The notes under the pieces: model-generated
What the model saw: the letters and a program-made list of their open reading frames with translations, nothing else
Databases searched by the model: none
What the model was told of the DNA's origin: nothing
Assembly: GCA_965223865.1 (NCBI GenBank)
Contig: OZ245020.1
Location: 768,001 to 832,000, forward strand
Reading direction: 5' to 3'
Length of the DNA stretch: 64,000 nucleotides
From: Nitrosarchaeum sp.
GTDB taxonomy: Archaea > Thermoproteota > Nitrososphaeria > Nitrososphaerales > Nitrosopumilaceae
Shown: positions 38,455-47,292 of the stretch, in pieces
Numbering within the stretch: the stretch's first letter is position 1
Layout of the letters: each line of letters starts with the position of its first letter
Translations under genes and position numbers: made by a program

Positions 38455-39343
38455 TCATCTCCTCAATTTTTGAAAAACCATTATCATTCATGTATTTTTT
38501 TATTCCATTGTTAATATCATTGAATATATTTACCCAATGATCACCAAGTGCACTTCCTAATTGAACAGAAGATGCTCCTGCTAAGAAAAATTCTACGGCA
38601 TCTTCCCATGTTGAGACTCCTCCACAACCAATTATTGGAATTTCATATTTTGAAGAAATTTCATAAACACATCTAAGTGCAACAGGTTTTATTGGTGTAC
38701 CTGATAAACCACCAAACTTGTTACTCAGAATAGGTCTTTTTGTATCAACATCAATTGCCATTGCTCTAATTGTATTGATTGCAGTAATTGCATCAATGCC
38801 AGACTCTATTGCAGTTGCTACTGTATTGAGATAATGAGTCGTTCCCAGACCTACTTTAGCAATTACTGGAACAGGGGTTGTATTTTTGACGGTAGTTACA
38901 ATTTTTTTAACTAATTCAGGATCATCTCCTACTTCAAGACCAACTTTGGCAACATGAGGACAAGAAAGATTTAGCTCATATGCAGTAACATTACAATTTG
39001 CAAATTGTTTTACCATAAATTCAAAGTCCTCAGGAATAGAACCAACTAAGCTAACAATTATTGGGACATCCTTGTTTGTTTCTATCATTTTTGCAAAATA
39101 TGGAGCACCAGGATTTGAAAGTCCGACTGCATTAATCCATCCTCCGCCTTTCACGCTAAAGATGGTAGGATTAGCATAACCGTCCCAAGGTTCTTTACTT
39201 AGAGATTTTGTTACAACTGCTCCAGCTCCTGAGCGGTATAATCGATTAAAAACATCAAGAGATATTCCCAAAATGCCAGATGCCAACATTATAGGCCTCT
39301 CTAGGCGGATTTTACCTATAGAAGTAGCAAGACTTAATTCCAC
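38432..39343 (-). CDS. pyrD: Dihydroorotate dehydrogenase
   Basis: LNLSCPH, GGLSG, IIGCGG. Confidence 0.96.
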   Translation of the reverse strand: MELSLATSIGKIRLERPIMLASGILGISLDVFNRLYRSGAGAVVTKSLSKEPWDGYANPTIFSVKGGGWINAVGLSNPGAPYFAKMIETNKDVPIIVSLVGSIPEDFEFMVKQFANCNVTAYELNLSCPHVAKVGLEVGDDPELVKKIVTTVKNTTPVPVIAKVGLGTTHYLNTVATAIESGIDAITAINTIRAMAIDVDTKRPILSNKFGGLSGTPIKPVALRCVYEISSKYEIPIIGCGGVSTWEDAVEFFLAGASSVQLGSALGDHWVNIFNDINNGIKKYMNDNGFSKIEEMIGLAKKS

Positions 39344-39429
39344 TTTGATTCGTAAATCAAGTTTTGAATATAACAGTTGATTCGCATGTTTCTGTACCTT
39401 TTTTAAAGGAGACTCTGAATGAGCTAGTC

Positions 39430-40680
39430 ATGTATTCTGTGATTTTAACAGAATTGGGAATTTCAGTTTTCAAAGATGAAAAACTTGAAAAATCATTTCC
39501 ATTCTCCAATTTGGTAAAAGATTATCTAGATATTAAGAAAAAAGAAGCAAGATTAAATGACCTTGTGGAATTTCTTGGTTCCATTCAAAGAAGTGTTTTA
39601 GTCAGCGATGAAGCACTACTTGCAATACTAAAAAAAAAATATATTGATTCTCAATTAATGGATGAATCAGAATTAGAAAGAATTCAATCTTCTAAACCAC
39701 AGATTATTGTAGAGTCAGGTTTTGCTGTAAATATTCAAGATGCTCTAGGAAAGCTAAGAGAATTTGCAATGGGATTATCATCTACAAAAGTTACAGAAGT
39801 TTCTGAGAGTCCAGATCTTCATATAATTCAAGCAATTAATTCCCTTGATGAAATTGACAAAATCGCAAATGCATTGAGTTCACGATTACGTGAGTGGTAT
39901 GGATTACACTTTCCAGAATTAGACAATGTTATTGATAGTATTAATGGATATGCTCAAATTGTAATAGCAGGAAAACGTGACTCTTTATCAAAAGAAATCT
40001 ATGAAGATGCAGGTTTTCCTGATTCAAAAGTTGAAATGCTGTCATTAATTGCCTCAAAGAGTAGAGGAGGAGATATTTCAGATGTCAATCTTGCAATTGT
40101 TCAATCTATTGCAAAACAGATTCTAGATTTTCACGATTTACGAAAAAAAATAGAGGATCATATTGAATCTGAGATGGAATCTATTGCACCAAATATTTCT
40201 GCAATTCTTGGAACCGCAGTAGGTGCAAGAATATTATCAAGAGCAGGAAGTCTAAGAAGATTAGCATCAATGCCTGCAAGCACTATACAGGTACTTGGTG
40301 CAGAAAAGGCTCTTTTCAGATCTTTGAAGACAGGGTCTCAACCACCAAAACATGGATTGCTATTCCAGCATTCAATGGTTCATGCTGCACCAAGATGGCA
40401 AAGAGGAAAAATAGCTAGAGCAATTGCTGCAAAAGCAGTTATTGCCGCTAGAGTAGACGTTTACGGAGAAGGGCTCAACAAAACTTTGCTTGAAAAGCTC
40501 AATGTAAGAGTGGACGAAATTGGAAAGAAATACGAAGAGCCATCCGAAAAAGACACTAGAAAACCAGAATCATTTAGACGCGATAAAAGTAATTTTGGCA
40601 GAAGAAAGGATTCTAGAAGAAGAGATGGCGGAGATTCTAGAAAAAAGAGTAAAAAGAGAAAAAAGTTTGGAAGAAGATAA
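39430..40680 (+). CDS. nop5: C/D snoRNP protein Nop5/Nop56 (track start 39364)
   Basis: REWYG.HFPEL, PASTIQVLGAEKALF, PKHG. Confidence 0.96.
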   Translation: MYSVILTELGISVFKDEKLEKSFPFSNLVKDYLDIKKKEARLNDLVEFLGSIQRSVLVSDEALLAILKKKYIDSQLMDESELERIQSSKPQIIVESGFAVNIQDALGKLREFAMGLSSTKVTEVSESPDLHIIQAINSLDEIDKIANALSSRLREWYGLHFPELDNVIDSINGYAQIVIAGKRDSLSKEIYEDAGFPDSKVEMLSLIASKSRGGDISDVNLAIVQSIAKQILDFHDLRKKIEDHIESEMESIAPNISAILGTAVGARILSRAGSLRRLASMPASTIQVLGAEKALFRSLKTGSQPPKHGLLFQHSMVHAAPRWQRGKIARAIAAKAVIAARVDVYGEGLNKTLLEKLNVRVDEIGKKYEEPSEKDTRKPESFRRDKSNFGRRKDSRRRDGGDSRKKSKKRKKFGRR

Positions 40681-41341
40681 TCAATCATATTTCTGGATAA
40701 AAACAGAAGGGGAAAGCAAATTAGCTACTGAGAATTTAGTGGTAGGAAATCAAGTATACAAAGAAAAGTTAATCACAAAAAAAGGAATAGAGTATAGATT
40801 ATGGGATCCTTTTAGAAGTAAATTAGCAGCTGCTATAATGAATGGATTAGAAGAATTTCCATTTAAAAATAAATCAACTGTTTTGTATCTAGGAGTCTCT
40901 ACAGGTACCACGGTAAGCCATATTTCTGATATTGTAGGTCCTAGTGGCATAATATTTGGTGTAGAACATGCAAGTAGGGTTGCAAGGGATTTTTTAGACA
41001 GGGTTGCGTCATACAGAAAAAACATCATTCCAATTTTACAGGATGCTAGAAAACCAAAGGAGTATTTTTCTGTATTTGGTAAAGTAGATGTAGTTTATGT
41101 AGATATTGCTCAACCCGATCAAACAAAAATTGCAATTGAGAATTGCAATATTTATCTGAAAAAACAAGGATATTTCTTTTTGGTAATCAAAACTAGAAGT
41201 ATAGATGTTACAAAATCACCAAAACAGATTATTGAAGAGGAAGTTAAAAAAATAAAATCAAATTTTGATATTTTACAAATAATTGATCTTCATCCATATG
41301 ATAAGGATCATGCAATAGTTATTGCAAAATCATTAAGATGA
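40667..41341 (+). CDS. flpA: Fibrillarin-like rRNA 2'-O-methyltransferase (TTG start likely; track 40520)
   Basis: YR.WDPFRSKLAA, VLYLG...GTT.SH, D.AQPDQ. Confidence 0.96.
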   Translation: MEEDNQSYFWIKTEGESKLATENLVVGNQVYKEKLITKKGIEYRLWDPFRSKLAAAIMNGLEEFPFKNKSTVLYLGVSTGTTVSHISDIVGPSGIIFGVEHASRVARDFLDRVASYRKNIIPILQDARKPKEYFSVFGKVDVVYVDIAQPDQTKIAIENCNIYLKKQGYFFLVIKTRSIDVTKSPKQIIEEEVKKIKSNFDILQIIDLHPYDKDHAIVIAKSLR

Positions 41342-41959
41342 GTTAAAATTCAAAATTTTCTGAGTGGGTTTCCAACTTTTTCGCACAAATGTTGGAATGG
41401 TTTTGTGTGTTTTATAGTAGGATTTTACAAAGTTTATAGTCTTTGAGTCAGATGGATATCCGCTACCAATATTATAGTTTTTTCTGAGCCTAGAAATTGA
41501 TCTATCTCTTGAAACTTTGGCAATGATTGACGCCGCAGAAACTATAACAAACTTGCTATCAGCATGATGATAGGACTTGATTTTTTTATTATTTGATAAG
41601 ATTGAAATTTCTTTTCCAAATCTTTGGGGATTAACATCACATGAATCAACATAAGACGTATCAGGATCAAGTTTTGAAATTACTTTTGCCATATATTTTG
41701 CTTCTAGATGATTTAGATTATGTTTTATTACACTTGCATCAATAGATTTTGGAAAAATTCTCACTACACAGTAATCATCCACTAAAGAAATAATTTTTTT
41801 GTAGAGTTCTTCGCGTGATTTTGAAGGTAATTTTTTTGAGTCTTTAACTCCAAGAGACGATAGTTTTCGAAGTTTTGTTTTATTAAGAGAGATCCCAGCT
41901 ATTACAAGTGGACCCAACATAGAACCACGTCCTGCATCGTCTACTCCACAAATTTGCAC
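41333..41959 (-). CDS. rnhB: Ribonuclease HII
   Basis: GVDDAGRG, DSKKL, SAASIIAK, GSGYPSD. Confidence 0.96.
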   Translation of the reverse strand: MQICGVDDAGRGSMLGPLVIAGISLNKTKLRKLSSLGVKDSKKLPSKSREELYKKIISLVDDYCVVRIFPKSIDASVIKHNLNHLEAKYMAKVISKLDPDTSYVDSCDVNPQRFGKEISILSNNKKIKSYHHADSKFVIVSAASIIAKVSRDRSISRLRKNYNIGSGYPSDSKTINFVKSYYKTHKTIPTFVRKSWKPTQKILNFNSS

Positions 41960-42020
41960 AAATTTTGTCTTTGAATTAGAGTATTAAACCATTATAGGTT
42001 TAAGAACTATAGAAAAATAA

Positions 42021-43163
42021 TTGCAAATTCCAGATGAAGATTTTAAAGATATAATAGAAGGTAAAACGAAATTATGTGTTCCTAAAAAATCAATTACAGA
42101 AAAAGTACCTCCAAAAGAACCAGCATTTTTCAATCCAAAAGCAAAATTGAATAGAGATTTGTCAATTATTGCATATGCATCATTTCTAAAAAATTTTGAA
42201 GGGCCAAAAATCTTTCTTGAAGGATTATCAGGATTAGGAGTCAGAGGTTTGAGAGTAGCAAATGAATTAGATGTAGATAATATTGTAATAAATGATCTAA
42301 ATCCCACTGCGCTTAAACTAGCTGCACATTCTGCAAAATTAAATAATTTAAAAAATATCAAGTTTTCTGAAAAAGAAGTTTGTAGATTTTTTAGTGATTA
42401 TTCCAAAAAGGGAGAAAGAGGCTCAATTGTAGATATTGACCCATTTGGTTCACCTACACCATTTTTTGATTGTGGTGTCAGGGCAACAATGCATGGAGGG
42501 ATTCTATCTGCTACTGCAACAGATCTACAAGTATTAAATGGATTATTTCAGAATGCATGCAAAAGAAAATACGGAGGAGTGCCGATAAGAGTAGAGTATG
42601 GAAATGAGATTGCTATCAGGCTCATTCTAGGATGTCTTAGATTGGTTACAGGAAGATTAGGAGTAAAAATAGTTCCTCTTTTTGTTGAAAGTGACATGCA
42701 CTATTACAGAACTTATGTTAGGATTTTGAATCGGCCAGACCAAGAAGAAAATATTGGATATATTGTGCATTGTAAAAATTGTGGAAACAGAAAAACATCT
42801 CTTGAACAGATTCACAAATGCGAGTTATGTAAATCAAAAAACATTTTTGCTGGGCCTCTTTGGATTGGAAAAGTTTTTGAGAAAGAATTTGTAGAAAATA
42901 TGCTAAACGAAATTCCAAATTTTACAGTGGAGAAAGCTTGTGAAAAAACATTACAAAAATGTTTAGTTGAATCTGAAATGCCTGGAACTTATTTTACACT
43001 AGATGAAGTTGCATCAAAATTAAAATCATCACCCCCAAAACTAGAAGAGGTTATTTCTAGACTTGGAAAAAATGGATATATTTCTAGTCCAACTTCCTTT
43101 TGTTCTACAGGTTTTAAGACTAATGCCACCATTGAGCAGATTATGAAATTAGCCTTTTCTTAG
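42021..43163 (+). CDS. trm1: tRNA (guanine26-N2)-dimethyltransferase
   Basis: FFNP...NRD, DIDPFGSP, GPLW. Confidence 0.95.
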   Translation: MQIPDEDFKDIIEGKTKLCVPKKSITEKVPPKEPAFFNPKAKLNRDLSIIAYASFLKNFEGPKIFLEGLSGLGVRGLRVANELDVDNIVINDLNPTALKLAAHSAKLNNLKNIKFSEKEVCRFFSDYSKKGERGSIVDIDPFGSPTPFFDCGVRATMHGGILSATATDLQVLNGLFQNACKRKYGGVPIRVEYGNEIAIRLILGCLRLVTGRLGVKIVPLFVESDMHYYRTYVRILNRPDQEENIGYIVHCKNCGNRKTSLEQIHKCELCKSKNIFAGPLWIGKVFEKEFVENMLNEIPNFTVEKACEKTLQKCLVESEMPGTYFTLDEVASKLKSSPPKLEEVISRLGKNGYISSPTSFCSTGFKTNATIEQIMKLAFS

Positions 43164-43753
43164 CCCGTATATCCAAGACATACAAAGTATAATTCACTAC
43201 TTTGTTTTCTGCTTGCCTTGGGTTTTGTCATATTTATTCTTGCAAATTTTTTCTTTACATAATCTTTAAACTCCATAGAATATTCTCCATCAAATACCTT
43301 AAAGACAGCATTTCCTTTATGTGCTAAAACCTTATCCATGATTTTTGTACATTCGTAATTTAGTGAGATCTGTTTAGCATGATCGACTGACCAATTGCCA
43401 GTAACTTGGGGTGAAAGATCACAAATTACAGCATTAACCTTCCTTTCAAAATAAGACAGGATTTCATCAACAACAGACAAATCTTCAATGTTTTCTCGAA
43501 TTATATAAGCTCCGGGAATATCTTCAACGTATGAAAGATCAATTCCCATTATCTTTCCTTTGTTTCCTGCTAGTTTTACTGCCATTTGGGTCCAACCACC
43601 AGGAGCACAACCTAAATCAAGTACATAAAAACCAGGCCCAATGATTCGATAAGATTGATTTAATTCTTTGAGTTTGTACGCAGCTCTACTTCGAAATCCT
43701 TGTTCATGAGCTAGTCTTCGATAGTGATCTTTTCGTGCATCAATTAATTTCAT
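43160..43753 (-). CDS. rlmE: 23S rRNA Um2552 methyltransferase RlmE/FtsJ (track start 43792)
   Basis: RSRAAYKL, DLGCAPGGW, KP.ASR..S.E. Confidence 0.95.
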   Translation of the reverse strand: MKLIDARKDHYRRLAHEQGFRSRAAYKLKELNQSYRIIGPGFYVLDLGCAPGGWTQMAVKLAGNKGKIMGIDLSYVEDIPGAYIIRENIEDLSVVDEILSYFERKVNAVICDLSPQVTGNWSVDHAKQISLNYECTKIMDKVLAHKGNAVFKVFDGEYSMEFKDYVKKKFARINMTKPKASRKQSSELYFVCLGYTG

Positions 43754-44502
43754 TTGGCTTTCTTTGGTTTTTTCATTTCTGCAAGTACCCAATCTTCAAT
43801 AAACTGACAATTTCTTGGGCTAATTTCTCCTTCAAGTGAACACTTTTGTTCTACTGGACATACAAGGCATGGAGAATTTTCAATTGATTGAGTACTGATA
43901 GGGGTTTTCTTTAAAATTAGTTTGTAAGTCCATCTGCCTTTTTCAAGAAGTTTTTCTCTAGTAATGATTCCCATTCTTTCGAGTTTTAATGCAAGTCGAG
44001 AGCCATCTCTACTGGTAAGTTTAAGTTTTTTCCAAAGTTCACTTTGAAACAGTCCATCAGATTCTTTTTCTGCTAGAATGTCACAGACTTTATTCGTCAA
44101 TCTTTCCATATCTACTTTTTCAATTTGGAAATTTTCTATTTCTTCATCAGTAAGTTGCTCTTCTAATTCTTCTTCAAGTGTTTTTTCAGCTTCTTTCTTT
44201 GCTTCTTCTATTTCTTTTTTAGTTAATTTCTTTTCTTTGGTTGGTTTTTCTGCTTTTGTTTTCTTTTCTTTGGTTGGTTTTTCTGCTTTTGTTTTCTTTT
44301 CTTTGGTTGGTTTTTCTGCTTTTGTTTTCTTTTCTTTGGTTGGTTTTTCTGCTTTTGTTTTCTTTTCTTTGGTTGGTTTTTCTGCTTTTGTTTTCTTTTT
44401 TAGCAACTTTGAATCCATATCTTTCTTTTTTTCCTTGAGTTCAGCCAATTCAGCTTTAATCTTTTCAGCCTCTTCAGTCAGATTATCTTTTTTCTTTGCC
44501 AT
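43750..44502 (-). CDS. RPC34-like / TFE-beta-like wHTH plus Fe-S protein with Lys-rich repeat N-terminus
   Basis: G..QSELWK.L.L.SR.GSR wHTH; PC..C.....C......SP..C.....W C-terminus. Confidence 0.75.
   Translation of the reverse strand: MAKKKDNLTEEAEKIKAELAELKEKKKDMDSKLLKKKTKAEKPTKEKKTKAEKPTKEKKTKAEKPTKEKKTKAEKPTKEKKTKAEKPTKEKKLTKKEIEEAKKEAEKTLEEELEEQLTDEEIENFQIEKVDMERLTNKVCDILAEKESDGLFQSELWKKLKLTSRDGSRLALKLERMGIITREKLLEKGRWTYKLILKKTPISTQSIENSPCLVCPVEQKCSLEGEISPRNCQFIEDWVLAEMKKPKKAK
44231..44395. repeat. 33-bp tandem repeat x5 (KKTKAEKPTKE)
   Basis: TTTTCTTTGGTTGGTTTTTCTGCTTTTGTTTTC, five identical copies. Confidence 0.95.
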
Positions 44503-44556
44503 TAAATCATCCTTATTTTAGCATAAAATTCCTATTTATTATACAATAGTGTATTC

Positions 44557-45033
44557 CTATTTAATAGTAAATTTCCCAGTTGTTGTAATATTATGTTTTT
44601 GAGCCTTGTCTTTCATCTCTGCTATAATTTCATACTGTCCTGGAGTGTTAATGACTTCAGAAAATTCATCTCCAATAGGTAATTGGGTGTTATTTTTAGC
44701 AAAACATTGCTCTAAAAAGCCGTTTTGGGCAACTATACTTTTGTCTGATGAATATATTGTGACATAAAGATCACCACAATCAAAAAAGGTGTCATTTACA
44801 GTAATGAAAATTTTTACTGGACTAGAAGTAGAATATTGTTGAGCAAGACCAATGATTTGAATAGATTTCTTGTGTGATTTATCAGATGAACCATCACGCC
44901 ACAGCATTAGTTCACGATCTGGTGCTTGTAAAACATCAGCCATAACAACTGAACCAAATACAATTGAAAATATTACTGGTAAAACAAATACAGCATATAG
45001 AACTCCTCTAGTTGCCATTTGGTTAATCTCCAA
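44557..45033 (-). CDS. Membrane-anchored Ig-like hypothetical protein
   Basis: N-terminal TM, FDCGDL, PG.Y.I. Confidence 0.7.
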   Translation of the reverse strand: MEINQMATRGVLYAVFVLPVIFSIVFGSVVMADVLQAPDRELMLWRDGSSDKSHKKSIQIIGLAQQYSTSSPVKIFITVNDTFFDCGDLYVTIYSSDKSIVAQNGFLEQCFAKNNTQLPIGDEFSEVINTPGQYEIIAEMKDKAQKHNITTTGKFTIK

Positions 45034-45119
45034 TAATTCCCTTATATCTATTTAGCAAATTCAATAATGGTGATAAATCTGACGAATGAGTTAAATCGTA
45101 GCCAACTAAAGAACGCTAG

Positions 45120-47213
45120 ATGCGACTTAGAAAATTTCGAGTTAGAGCATATCGTTGCATTCATGATTCTGGAGAAATCAATGTAGGAGATTTAGCAGCA
45201 TTTGTTGGAAGAAATGAGAGTGGGAAAACTACAATCCTTCAAGCTTTGACACTGCTAAACAAGGATGAACATGTTTCAGATTTGGATCTTTGTGATGAAA
45301 TGTTTGAAGAGCTTAAGGAAGAAATTAGACTTGCGGAGGGAGAATTTGAATTAAGTATAAATGAAATAAGAATCCTAAAAGAAAGATTTCCAAATCTACC
45401 TGAAATGAAAAAAATCAAACTTTTTAGAACTAATAAAATCCCTAAAGTTCAATATGAATTTCAAGATATTCAATTAAGTGAGGATGAAAATAGAGGATTA
45501 AATTCCTGGGAAAATTTTGCAAAGCGAATTATTGATTTTTTAGATACAATTCCTAATCATCTAAGAATTCAAATTGATACAGGATTTTTTGAAGGAGATC
45601 CTCCTAAGAATCAAGAAGCATTTGACAGGGGAATGGCAGAATTTAGTAATCAATTTCATGTTATCGCTATTCAGGAGCCAAAGGTAATAGAAGAGTGGGA
45701 AAAAATCTATGAAAATCCTGAAAATCAATTTTCTAACCTTCTTAGTGGTGAAAGTGAAAAAACGGCATTAGAGAATTTTGTAGCAGCACAGTTACATCCA
45801 CGTTTCGTTTATTTTTCAGACTATAAGAAAATCTATGGAAATATCAACCTAAATGAATACATCAGAGAGAATAGAGGAGAAAGAGGTGAATCAATTGAAT
45901 ATATTGAAGAGTTTGATAAGGCAGAAACCGTAAGAAATCTGTTTTATTTGGCAGAATTAGATATTAAAGAATTAGATGAGGTTAAGGAGACACCATCAAA
46001 GTGCATAAAAATTCTCAATACTGCAAGTAACAGATTAACAAGTAAACTTAATCCTGCATGGAAAGGAGATCCGATTCATGTTGACTTGAGATACAATCCA
46101 GGAAACATCATGAGTGTAGTAATTTCAGATGTACACAAAGATGGAACTATTACAAACACAGGTTTGTTAAATAGACGAGCTGAGGGTTTCAAATGGACAT
46201 TTTCGTTTATTGTAAACTTTGCAGCAGAAACACAAAGAGCAGAACTAAAAGAAGCTATTCTTCTTTTAGACGAGCCAGCAAGAAATCTTCATCCAACACA
46301 ACAAATGGGAATATCCGATCTTCTAAAAGGGCTTGCAGGGTCAAACCAAGTGCTTTATGCAACTCACTCACCTTTTATGATTTTTGACTATACTCCTGGA
46401 AACTTGCTTGTAGTGGAATTAGATAAGAAAAAACATCTTAGCAGAATCTTTTATGATTATTGGAATGCAGATGATAAAACATTAACTCCTATACTTTACG
46501 GATTATCAAGAGGATTAGTAGAGTCAATAGTTGACCGAGAAATTGGAACTAATTCAAGACCAGTAATAATTGTAGAAACAATGTCTGATGCAATGTATCT
46601 AAATGCATTTGACAAATTTTTACAGGATCCTAACATCTCAATGAATCCATTAAATATAGTTGCAGCTTATAACAAAAATTCAGTCTTACCATTAGCAATA
46701 TTTTATAGAAATCATGGCTATAGAACATTTATTTTACTTGATAATACGGAAGAATCAAAACAGATTTCATCTCAACTAGCATCAAATGATTTCTCACCAC
46801 TGCAAACAATTTTCTTTGAAAGAGAGGCAAAAAAGCTAGAATCAATTGAAGACTATATTATTTTAGAAGACTATCTTTATGCAGTAAACCAAACTTATGA
46901 GATTAAATTAAGACATGAGGGGTATTCCAATCTCACACCAGAGGATGTATTATCAAAAGAAAAGAAGGGAATTTTAGAGAATCTAAGAAGCATTTGGGAG
47001 GATCATAGAGATGATGATTGGGGAAAGTTTGACAATGAAGAAATTACTCGGTATATTTGTGAAAAAATCACTTTTGAGGAGACTGATTTCTTATCAGATA
47101 AGACAAAAGACCAGTTTAGATCACTATACAGGATGATTGCAGAACGAATAAGACAATATCAAAATGTTGCCACAAAACCAGACTTGGACAAATATCAGCG
47201 TACAAAAGCCTAA
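45120..47213 (+). CDS. OLD-like ABC-ATPase plus TOPRIM-like protein
   Basis: GRNESGKT, LLLDEP..NLHP, ATHSP, IIVE..SD. Confidence 0.85.
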   Translation: MRLRKFRVRAYRCIHDSGEINVGDLAAFVGRNESGKTTILQALTLLNKDEHVSDLDLCDEMFEELKEEIRLAEGEFELSINEIRILKERFPNLPEMKKIKLFRTNKIPKVQYEFQDIQLSEDENRGLNSWENFAKRIIDFLDTIPNHLRIQIDTGFFEGDPPKNQEAFDRGMAEFSNQFHVIAIQEPKVIEEWEKIYENPENQFSNLLSGESEKTALENFVAAQLHPRFVYFSDYKKIYGNINLNEYIRENRGERGESIEYIEEFDKAETVRNLFYLAELDIKELDEVKETPSKCIKILNTASNRLTSKLNPAWKGDPIHVDLRYNPGNIMSVVISDVHKDGTITNTGLLNRRAEGFKWTFSFIVNFAAETQRAELKEAILLLDEPARNLHPTQQMGISDLLKGLAGSNQVLYATHSPFMIFDYTPGNLLVVELDKKKHLSRIFYDYWNADDKTLTPILYGLSRGLVESIVDREIGTNSRPVIIVETMSDAMYLNAFDKFLQDPNISMNPLNIVAAYNKNSVLPLAIFYRNHGYRTFILLDNTEESKQISSQLASNDFSPLQTIFFEREAKKLESIEDYIILEDYLYAVNQTYEIKLRHEGYSNLTPEDVLSKEKKGILENLRSIWEDHRDDDWGKFDNEEITRYICEKITFEETDFLSDKTKDQFRSLYRMIAERIRQYQNVATKPDLDKYQRTKA

Positions 47214-47292
47214 GATTAAAGAAGATTTCTGATGATAGATACTCAATTAAAAAATACAAAAACTCCAAAATCCTTTAAGGTTTAAGTTAGAG

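Noticed and set aside
44231-44395. 33-bp repeats as a CRISPR array
   Set aside because: No spacers, in-frame coding repeat, no cas genes.
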